Position numbers and translations under genes: made by a program. Below, piece after piece: positions 55,689 to 64,000 of a DNA stretch of 64,000 bases. The notes under the pieces were generated by a model, which searched no databases, was not told where the DNA came from, and saw only the letters and a list, made by a program, of their open reading frames with translations. How positions within the stretch are numbered: position 1 is the first letter of the stretch; each line of letters starts with the position of its first letter. The DNA comes from Candidatus Eiseniibacteriota bacterium (GTDB lineage Bacteria; Eisenbacteria; RBG-16-71-46): positions 3,136,001-3,200,000 of the forward strand of contig OY970342.1 in assembly GCA_963717505.1 (NCBI GenBank), given 5' to 3'.

Positions 55689-57511
55689 ACCGGGCCGCCG
55701 CGGCTGCGCCGGTGCTGTCGGCGCTCGCCCTCGTGACGCTGATCGCAGCGACCGGCTGCGGCGCGCGCGGGCGCGCGAGCACCGGCTACGTCGACCCCTA
55801 CCCGCTGCCGGCCGACACCCTGACGTTCGAGACCGCGGAGTTGGGGCGCTACGGCGGCCGGTTCGTCATGGCGGTGACCAGCGACCCCAAGACCTTCAAC
55901 TCGATCATGGCCAGCGAGCAGTCCTCGACCGACATCACGAACCTGCTGTTCGCCGGACTGGCCGAGATCGACAATCAGACCCATCAGATCTACCCGTTGC
56001 TCGCCAAGTCGTGGGAGGTGAGCGACGACGGCTGCACCTGGACCTGGCACCTGCGCCGGGGCGCCTGTTTCTCGGACGGACATCCGATCACCTCGGCCGA
56101 CGTCGTGTTCATGTTCGAAGTCGCCTACGATCCGGTGCTCCATCCCTCGGAGCAGGATCTGCTCAAGGTCAAGGGGCGCGGGTTCGAGGTCAGCGCTCCC
56201 GACTCGTACACGGTGGTCACGCGGGCGGCCGGTGCGCACGCGCTGATGTCGGCCATCATCGGCGCGCTCAAGATCATGCCCCGTCATGTGCTCGAGCCGG
56301 CGTTTCGCCGCGGGGAGTTCGCCTCGGCCTATTCGGTGAGCACGCCACCCGAGAGTCTGGTGACCAGCGGCGCGTTCCGGGTGCGCCAGTACCAGCCGGG
56401 GGAGAAGGTCGTACTCGAGCGCAATCCGTACTGGTTCGGGGTCGACAGCCGCGGCTGGCGCCTGCCGTATCTCGACGAGCTGGTGTTCCTGGTGGTTCCC
56501 GACCAGAACACCGCGGCCATCAAGTTCCAGGGCGGTGAAGTCGACGCGATCGACAACGTCAAACCCGAGGACTACAAGACCTATATCGATGGCGCGGTCG
56601 CGGGAAACTACACACTGCACGATCTCGGGCCTTCCCTGACCACGAGTTTCCTCTGGTTCAACCTCAATGTGCCCAGCACCGCGAAACCCGGCAAGCCGGC
56701 GGGCAAGCCCGTGGTCGGTGCGATCAAGTATGCCTGGTTCTCGAACCGGGCGTTTCGCGAGGCGGTGTCCCTGGCCATCGATCGCGATGCCATCATTCGC
56801 GGCCCGTTCTACGGCGAGGCGGTCCCGAACTGGTCCGCTCCCTCGGTCGCGGCCCGGCCGTGGGGAGGGCACGGGATCACCGGACCGGACTACGATCCTG
56901 AGCGGGCCAACGCGTTGTTGGACAGCCTCGGCTGGCTCGATCGGAATCAGGACGGGGTTCGCGAAGACCGTGGGGGCCATCCGATCCGCTTCCAGTTGCG
57001 CACCAACAGCGACAATGCCGTGCGCGTGGCCGTGGCCAACCTGATTCAGGACGACCTGGCCCGCATCGGGATCGCCTGCTCGCCGGCTCCGGTCGAGTTC
57101 AACACCATGGTCGCGAGCCTGCGCCAGGACTTCCAGTACGACGCGATGCTCTCGGGTCTGGGCAGCGGCGTGCCACCCGATCCCGGGATGTACGCCAACT
57201 TCCTGACCTCGTCCGGGGTCACGCACTACTGGAACGTCCGACAGACGCGCCCGGCGACCGCGGCCGAGGCCTCGATCGACCGGCTCTATGGAACGCTGGT
57301 GACGTCGATGGACACCGAGGAACGCATGCGGATCTGGACCGAAATCGTGCGCACCCTCAATGCCGAGGTCTTCGTGGTCTGGCTGCCGTCCCAGAAGATC
57401 AAGGTCCCGGTGCGGAACGGGTTCGGCAACGTGCATCCCTCGGTGATTCCTCACCGGATCCTGTGGAACATCGACCGCGTGTTCGTGAAGTCGGCCTCCG
57501 CCCGCGCGTGA
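55685..57511 (+). CDS. family 5 ABC substrate-binding lipoprotein (paralog)
   Basis: lipobox ATGC, DPKTFNSI, PLLAKSWE, FSDGHPITSADV, ERNPYWF. Confidence 0.92.
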   Translation: MNRAAAAAPVLSALALVTLIAATGCGARGRASTGYVDPYPLPADTLTFETAELGRYGGRFVMAVTSDPKTFNSIMASEQSSTDITNLLFAGLAEIDNQTHQIYPLLAKSWEVSDDGCTWTWHLRRGACFSDGHPITSADVVFMFEVAYDPVLHPSEQDLLKVKGRGFEVSAPDSYTVVTRAAGAHALMSAIIGALKIMPRHVLEPAFRRGEFASAYSVSTPPESLVTSGAFRVRQYQPGEKVVLERNPYWFGVDSRGWRLPYLDELVFLVVPDQNTAAIKFQGGEVDAIDNVKPEDYKTYIDGAVAGNYTLHDLGPSLTTSFLWFNLNVPSTAKPGKPAGKPVVGAIKYAWFSNRAFREAVSLAIDRDAIIRGPFYGEAVPNWSAPSVAARPWGGHGITGPDYDPERANALLDSLGWLDRNQDGVREDRGGHPIRFQLRTNSDNAVRVAVANLIQDDLARIGIACSPAPVEFNTMVASLRQDFQYDAMLSGLGSGVPPDPGMYANFLTSSGVTHYWNVRQTRPATAAEASIDRLYGTLVTSMDTEERMRIWTEIVRTLNAEVFVVWLPSQKIKVPVRNGFGNVHPSVIPHRILWNIDRVFVKSASARA

Positions 57512-57520
57512 TCGGAACCG

Positions 57521-58489
57521 ATGCGCACTCTGCTGGTCAAGCGGCTGTTCCAGATCGTGCCGCTCCTGATCGGAATCTCCGCGCTGACCTTCCTTCTGCT
57601 GCAACTGGCGCCGGGCGACTTCCTCAACACCATGGCCGAGAATCCGCAGATCTCCGCCGAGACTCTGGAAGCCATGCGCCGGCGCTTCGGCCTGGATCGG
57701 CCGTGGTACGTGCAGTACGGCCTGTATCTCCAGAATCTGTTCCTGCGGCTGGACTTCGGCGAGTCGTTCTCGCGACACCAGCCGGTGTTCACGGTGCTGC
57801 GGGAAGGCCTGCTCAACACGTTGCTGCTCGCGGGTGCCGCGGCGATCGTCACCTGGGGACTGGCGATTCCGCTCGGCGTCTGGGCGGCGGTGCGCCAGTA
57901 CACCTGGGTCGATCGGATCCTTTCGTTCCTCGCGTTCATTTGGCTGTCGATCCCCGAGGTGCTCTCCGGTCTGTTGCTGCTCTTGCTGGCCGCCAAGACC
58001 GGCTGGTTTCCGGTGGGGGGTATGCGCTCGGTGGATTACGAGGAACTGGACTTGTTGGGCCGGATGATCGACGTGGTGCATCACCTGGCCCTGCCGGCGC
58101 TGGTGGTCGGCTTGATTCCGCTCGCCGGCCGCATGCGGCAGATGCGCGGCAACCTGCTCGACGTCCTGCGGCTCGACTACGTGACCACGGCGCGGGCCAA
58201 GGGGCTCGACGAGAACACGGTGGTGTTCAAGCACGCGGTGCGGAACGCGATCAATCCGTTGATCACGCTGTTCGGCTACACGCTCGGATCGCTGGTCTCG
58301 GGTTCGTTCGTCGCCGAAATCATCTTCTCGTGGCCGGGGTTGGGACGCATCACGCTCGACGCCATCCTGTCGCAGGACCAGTACCTGGTCATGGGCTCGG
58401 TGCTCATGGCGTCCGTGGTGCTGATCCTCGGAAACCTGGTCGCCGATGTCCTGCTCGTGGTCGCCGACCCGCGGATCTCGTATGAGTGA
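57521..58489 (+). CDS. peptide ABC permease (OppB/DppB-like)
   Basis: [43 protein letters not shown]. Confidence 0.92.
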   Translation: MRTLLVKRLFQIVPLLIGISALTFLLLQLAPGDFLNTMAENPQISAETLEAMRRRFGLDRPWYVQYGLYLQNLFLRLDFGESFSRHQPVFTVLREGLLNTLLLAGAAAIVTWGLAIPLGVWAAVRQYTWVDRILSFLAFIWLSIPEVLSGLLLLLLAAKTGWFPVGGMRSVDYEELDLLGRMIDVVHHLALPALVVGLIPLAGRMRQMRGNLLDVLRLDYVTTARAKGLDENTVVFKHAVRNAINPLITLFGYTLGSLVSGSFVAEIIFSWPGLGRITLDAILSQDQYLVMGSVLMASVVLILGNLVADVLLVVADPRISYE

Positions 58490-59580
58490 AGGCGCGGCCC
58501 TGTCGCCGTCGCGCCTGTTCTGGCGCCAGTTCCGCCGGAGTCCGGTGGCGATCGCCGGCGGCGTCCTGTTGTCCGGGTTCTACCTGATCGCGACGTTCGC
58601 GCCATTCTTCGCGCCCTACGCGCAGGAGGCGATCGACAAGCAGCGCTTCTTCCATCCGCCGCACCGGGTGCACTGGCTCGACCAGGGACGCTGGCGCGGT
58701 CCCTTCATTCGTCCGATGGAGCTGGTCGACCCGGCGCGAGCCCGTTATGCGGAGGACGAGTCGCGGGTGGTGCCCCTGCGCTGGTTCGTGCGCGGCAGCT
58801 CGTACCGGTTGCTGGGCGTGATCCCCAGCAACCTCCATCTGTTCGGCGTCGAATCCGGCGAACGCGTGTACCTGCTCGGCGCCGACCCACTCGGCCGCGA
58901 CCTGCTCTCGCGCCTGCTCTACGGCAGCCAGATCTCGCTCACCGTCGGGCTGGTCGGCATCTCGATCTCGTTCTCGATCGGACTCCTGCTCGGCGGCGTC
59001 GCCGGCTATTTCGGCGGCTGGATCGACTCCGTGATCATGCGCTTCACGGAGCTGCTGCTGACCATCCCCGGTCTCTACCTGATCGTGGCGCTGCGCAGCG
59101 TGTTCCCGACCGACCTGCCGAGCCAGCAGGTCTACCTCGCCATCGTCGCGATCCTGGCGTTCATCGGTTGGGCGGGACTCGCGCGGATCATCCGCGGCAT
59201 GGTGCTGTCGATCCGGCGCTCGGAGTACGTGACCGCCGCCGAAGCGCTGGGCATGAGCCGCCTGCGCATCATCGCCCGCCACATCCTGCCCAACACCATG
59301 TCGTTCGTGATCGTGGCCGCGACCATCGCGATCCCCGGCTACATCCTGGGCGAGGTGTTCCTGTCGTTCCTCGGGGTCGGGGTCCAGGAGCCGAGCTGCT
59401 TCCTGGGGCAACATGCTGAATCAGGCGCGGAGCCTGCGCGCGCTGAATTCCTTCCCCTGGCTGCTGTTCGTGCCGGGCATCGCCATCTTCCTGACCGTGA
59501 TGGCGTTCAACTTCCTGGGCGACGGCCTGCGCGACGCGCTCGACCCGCGCAAGGTCCACGGCGGTCGGAGTTCCGGATGA
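58482..59580 (+). CDS. peptide ABC permease (OppC/DppC-like; indel near 59400)
   Basis: [52 protein letters not shown]. Confidence 0.92.
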
Positions 59581-60590
59581 GGCCGCCGCTGCTCGAAGTC
59601 CGCGATCTACAGACCCACTTCTTCACCGACGAGGGCGTGGTGCGCGCGGTCGACGGCGTGTCGTTCGAACTGAACGCGGGGGAGACGCTGGCCGTGGTCG
59701 GCGAGTCGGGAAGCGGCAAGAGCGTGACGTCGTTGTCGATCCTGCGCCTGGTCGCCCAGCCGCCCGGCCGCATCGTCGGCGGACAGATCCGTTTTCAGGG
59801 GCGAAATCTGCTCGACCTGGCCCCCAGGGAAATGCGCGCGATCCGCGGCAAGGAGATCTCGATGATCTTCCAGGAGCCGATGACCTCGCTCAATCCGGTC
59901 TACACGTGCGGCGAGCAGATCATCGAGGCGATCGTGCTCCACGAGAAGGTCGACCGGCGCGCGGCGCGCCAGCGGACCATCGAGATGCTGCAGCAGGTCG
60001 GCATTCCCTCGCCCGAGCAGCGCGTCGACGAGTACCCGCACCAGATGTCGGGCGGGATGCGCCAGCGCGTGATGATCGCGATGGCGCTGGCTTGCCGGCC
60101 CGCGATCCTGATCGCCGACGAGCCGACCACCGCGCTCGACGTGACGATCCAGGCCCAGATCCTCGAGCTGCTCAAGCGACTCCAGCGCGAGCTGGGGATG
60201 GCGGTGCTGCTGATCACGCACGACCTGGGCGTGGTCGCCGAGACCGCCGATCGAGTCGCCGTCATGTACGCAGGGCAGGTGGTCGAGTACTGCGACGTCG
60301 CCTCGACCTTCCAGCGCCCGCTCCATCCTTACACCGCCGGTCTCCAGGCGTCTCTGCCCCGATTGGGGGCGAAGCGTGACCGCTGCGGGTGATCCCGGGC
60401 AACGTTCCCAACCCGGTGCGCTTCCCCGTGGGGTGCCGTTTCCATCCGCGCTGTCCGGTGCGACAGGAACGCTGTCTGACCGATCCGCCGTTGGTCGCGA
60501 TCGAGGGTCGACCAGTCGCGCTGCTGGCGCGCCGACGAGATCGCCACCGGCCGTCTCGATCCCGCCCGCGCCCTGGGAGAGGTGTCATGA
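59577..60590 (+). CDS. peptide ABC ATPase (OppD/DppD-like; indels near the 3' end)
   Basis: [56 protein letters not shown]. Confidence 0.92.
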
Positions 60591-61656
60591 CCCAGGTTTC
60601 GCCGGCGTCCGTGCCGGGGGCGCGTTCGAGCGCGTCGCCGAACGGAGAACCGCTGCTCCAGGTCGACGAATCTGGTCAAGCACTTCCCGATCCGCAAGGG
60701 ACTCCTGTCCCGGGTGGTCGGACAGGTGCGCGCGGTCGACGGCGTTTCGTTCTCGGTGCGCGCGGGCGAGGTGCTCGGCCTGGTCGGCGAGAGCGGCTGC
60801 GGCAAGACCACCACCGGACGCTGCGATCCTGCGCCTGATCGAGCCGACCTCGGGCAGCGTGCGCTTCGAGGGGCGCGAGATCCTCGGGATTTCCCGGCGC
60901 GAGATGCGCGCGCTCCGGCGCGAGCATGCAGATCGTCTTCCAGGATCCCTACTCGAGCCTCAATCCGCGGCTCACGGTCGGCAGCATGCTCGGGGAGGCG
61001 CTGTCGATCCACGGCCTGGCCCGCGGTGCGGCCGCCCGCGAACCGGGTCGCCGAACTGCTGACCCTGGTCGGACTGTCGCCCGACCATGCCCGCCGGTAT
61101 CCGCACGAGTTCTCGGGTGGCCAGCGCCAGCGGATCGGCGTCGCCCGCGCACTCGCGGTCGGGCCCCAGTTGATCGTCGCCGACGAGCCGGTGTCGGCGC
61201 TCGACGTCTCGATCCAGGCGCAGATCATCAACCTGCTGCGCGACCTCCAGCAGCAGATGAACCTGACCTACCTGTTCGTCGCGCACGACCTGTCGGTGGT
61301 CGAGCACATCAGCGATCGGGTCGCCGTGATGTACCTGGGCAAGATCGTCGAGCTGGCGACCAGCGAGGCGCTCTACGCAGGTCCGCGCGCATCCGTATAC
61401 GGTCGCGCTGCTGTCGGCGATTCCGGTTCCGGATCCTGCGCGGCGCCGGCAGCGGATCGTCCTCAAGGGCGACGTTCCGAGCCCGAGTCGGCCACCCAGC
61501 GGCTGCCGATTCCATCCGCGCTGCTTCATGGCGCGCCCGGTGTGCGCCGAACACGAACCTCTGCTGCGCGAGGTTCGCCCCGGGCATTGGGCGGCGTGCC
61601 ACTTCGCCGAAGACGTTCCAACCCACGTGCCGGAAGCCGCGATCCACGGGGGCTGA
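60587..61656 (+). CDS. peptide ABC ATPase (OppF/DppF-like; several indels)
   Basis: [59 protein letters not shown]. Confidence 0.9.
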
Positions 61657-61851
61657 GCCCCGGATTCTCGGGTCTCCGACGCCCGCGGCACCCATCGCGG
61701 GAAAAGACCCACCGCCGGGAGCGGCGGGGGCAAACCTTCCCAGCGTCTTCGCCCGCACCGCTCGTTTTCAGCTCCCCGCCACCGGTGGGTCGCACCCGTA
61801 ACGCCTCCACTGGCCGCGAGCTAGCAAGTCCCACCCGGGCGAGGCCCAGGT

Positions 61852-61866
61852 CGGCATCCGGCTTGC
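61852..61866 (+). promoter_or_regulatory. sigma54-like -24/-12 motif
   Basis: CGGCATCCGGCTTGC, i.e. GG-N10-GC with GGCA...TTGC. Confidence 0.45.
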
Positions 61867-61877
61867 GAATCGTCAAG

Positions 61878-62140
61878 GTTGTCCGCCGGCGTGTCAGGGC
61901 GGGCGCCACCGGGGCGGTCGGTCCAGCCTGCGATCGCCTCCGGTGGTCACAATCGAATACGTCGTGTTCCCTGTGCGACTCGTGATTGCCCGGCTGTCGG
62001 CTTATCCCCCTATCGCGAGCGAAGGAGTCGTTGGACCGGCGCACGGTCGTTACGGGGAACCGTTGTGGGCCCCGGGCCCCGCGTCAGCCTCCAGCATCGA
62101 CCTCCTCTGTACGCGCCCCGGGGCCTTATCCTTTTTCACG
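61878..62140 (+). ncRNA. candidate structured non-coding RNA or long leader
   Basis: hairpins at 61881-61904 and 61906-61946 just downstream of the sigma54-like motif; C-rich CCTCC motifs; no credible CDS. Confidence 0.3.
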
Positions 62141-62224
62141 CGCCCCCCGCGCGGCCTTCCTCGCCATGCTTCTGGCTCTCCCCGGATGGCCCTCGCGACC
62201 GGAGAATGGACCGCGCGGCATTCG

Positions 62225-62254
62225 TTGACCCTCTGTCGGCATCCCTGTTAGCGT
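62225..62254 (+). promoter_or_regulatory. sigma70-type promoter for the BMC operon
   Basis: TTGACC-N18-TAGCGT. Confidence 0.55.
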
Positions 62255-62404
62255 CCGCGTTCGATCGTGCTCCGCGGGCGCGAGTTCGCGCTCGAGGACC
62301 GTGGCGTGAAACAAGATCGCCGCGCCGTGAGTCCGAGGCGCCGGTGCCGAGCAGCTTCGCCCCGCGGGGGAACTCCGCGGGGTCACCAGGGCAAGGAGAG
62401 CTCC

Positions 62405-62705
62405 ATGCAGGAAGAAGCGCTGGGCCTGATCGAGACGCGCGGCTTCGTCGCCATGGTCGAGGCCTCCGACGCCATGGTGAAGGCCGCCCGCGTGCACGCT
62501 GGTGCACTACGAGAAGATCGGCGGCGGCTACGTCACCACGATCGTGCGCGGCGACGTCGCCGCGGTGCGCGCCGCCACCGAGGCCGGCGCGGCGGCCGCG
62601 GCCAAGGTCGGCGAGGTGGTGTCGGTCCACGTCATTCCGCGCCCGCACGGCATGCTCGAGGACGTGCTGCCGATCCGCCGTCCCGAGGCCGCCGGCAAGA
62701 AGTAG
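62405..62705 (+). CDS. bacterial microcompartment hexamer shell protein (BMC-H, EutM/PduA-like; indel near 62495)
   Basis: [57 protein letters not shown]; AAGGAG RBS. Confidence 0.93.
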
Positions 62706-62710
62706 GCGCC

Positions 62711-63043
62711 ATGATCCTGGCCCAGGTGCTGGGCACGGTCGTCTCGACGCGCAAGGACTCGCGGGCTCGCTCGGACTCAAGCTCCTGCTCGCGCGCGAGG
62801 TCGACGGCGCAGTTCGAGCCGGCCGGCGAACTTCGTGGTCGCCGCGGACGCGGTCGGCGCCGGCGAGGGCGAGCTGGTGCTGGTCGGCGCAGGGGTCGTC
62901 GGCGCGCCTGACCGAGGTCTCGCGCGAGAAGCCGGTCGATGCGGTGATCTGCGGCATCGTCGACACGGTCGAGATGCGACGGCCGGGACGTCTACCTCAA
63001 GCGCGCCGGCCGCGCGCCGGCCGCGGCGGCCTCACCGGCATGA
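62711..63043 (+). CDS. BMC vertex pentamer (BMC-P, EutN/CcmL-like; indels)
   Basis: MILAQVLGTVVSTRKD, VAADAVGAGEGELVL, GSSAR, PVDAVICGIVD. Confidence 0.9.
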
Positions 63044-64000
63044 CGCCTCGACGCGCGCCGCATCGAGTCGATCGTCGCCGAGGTGCTCGAGCGGCTCGAG
63101 GCCGGCGCGCTCGGCGGCCGGCAGGGGCGCCGCCGGCGCCGCTCGGCGTCCACGCCGACCTCGACACCGCGGTGGCCGCGGCGCGCGCGGCGTTCGAGGC
63201 CTACGAGCGGTGCCGCTCGTCGACCCGGCAGGCGATCATCGCCGTCGATCCGCGAGACGCTGCGCCGCCAACTACCGGACGCTGTCCGAGCTCGCGGTCG
63301 ACGGAGACCGGCCTCGGACGCGTCGAGGACAAGATCCTCAAGAACCGCCTCGTGACCGAGCAGACGCCGGGCACCGAGGATCTCGAGCCGATGACCTGGA
63401 CCGGCGACCACGGCCTCACGCTGCTCGAGCGCGCGCCCTACGGCGCCGATCGCCGTGATCACGCCGGTCACCAACCCGAGCGAGACCATCATCAACAACG
63501 GCATCTCGATGATCGCCGGCGGCAACACCGTGCGTGCTGTGCCCGCACCCGAACGCGCGCAAGGTCTCGAACCTGACGATCGACCTGATGAACCGCGCCG
63601 CGCGCGCGCGCCGGGGCGCCGCGCGCCGCTGCTCCACTCGGTCGGCGCAGCCGACGCTCGAGGTCGCCCAGGCGCTGCTCCGCTACCAAGGGCATCCGCC
63701 TCAACGTCGTGACCGGCGGCCCGGCCGTGGTGCAGGAGGCGCTGGCCGCGGGCAAGAAGGCGATCACCGCCGGCCCCGGCAACCCGCCCGTCGGTGGTCG
63801 ACGAGACCGCCGACCTCGAGCGCGCCGCCCGCGACCTGATCGCCGGCGCCTCGCTCGACAACAACATCATCTGCACCGACGAGAAGGAAGTGATCGCCGT
63901 CGGCGCTGATCGCCGACCGGCTCAAGGAGGCGTTCGCGCGCGCCGGCGCGGTGGTGCTGCCGCCGCACCAGACCGAGCAGCTGCGCGCGCGTGCTGCTCG
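63040..64000 (+). CDS. CoA-acylating aldehyde dehydrogenase (EutE/PduP-like), 3'-truncated, many indels
   Basis: ETGLGRVEDKILKN, TPGTEDL, TGDHGLTL.E.APYG, ITPVTNPSET, VTGGPAVV, AGPGNPP, DETAD, GASLDNNIIC.DEKE. Confidence 0.9.

Noticed and set aside
58446-60392. apparent OppC-OppD fusion (648-aa ORF)
   Set aside because: An indel near 59400 causes the read-through; the normal OppC ending ([13 protein letters not shown]) is in another frame.
61725-61770. c-di-GMP-I riboswitch suggested by GGGCAAACC
   Set aside because: The following GAAA-loop stem and GACGCAAAG elements are absent.
62050-62097. 15-codon minus-strand ORF (MLEADAGPGAHNGSP) after AGGAGG
   Set aside because: RBS spacing is only 3 nt and there is no other support; it cannot be distinguished from chance.

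Overview
A gene-dense, very GC-rich chromosomal segment from an LPS-producing (diderm) bacterium. The gene set suggests an FCB-related candidate lineage such as Ca. Eisenbacteria, which is inference only. In order it carries: (1) a lipid A/core cluster (waaA, lpxK, msbA, two GT9 heptosyltransferases, a GmhB fusion) mixed with nadB and proS; (2) a minus-strand TPR membrane protein plus DUF4388 pair; (3) asnS; (4) a PstS-like lipoprotein-TPR-2xSTAS-ExbB-2xExbD-TonB operon; (5) a YIP1-TolC-MacAB-type exporter; (6) uvrA; (7) tdh-kbl; (8) a minor type IV pilin cluster with a ~1000-aa pilin-adhesin fusion; (9) a VPS10/BNR propeller protein; (10) gcvTHPaPb, running directly into an uncharacterised module made of a GlmL/MutL-like ASKHA ATPase without a mutase, a barrel-sandwich/KOW protein, an FN3-DUF6754-like protein and three further membrane proteins, closed by a lipoate ligase-like gene; (11) a peptide ABC transporter with two binding proteins; (12) a ~750-bp structured intergenic region with a sigma54-like motif; (13) the start of a bacterial microcompartment locus. 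Many genes at 23.6-27 kb, ~30.15 kb, 50-54.4 kb and 59.4-64 kb carry small indels that look like long-read sequencing errors, so they were reconstructed across frames. The best candidate for an undescribed system is the GlmL-like ATPase plus membrane complex at ~45.7-53.8 kb. No rRNA, tRNA, CRISPR array or mobile element was seen.
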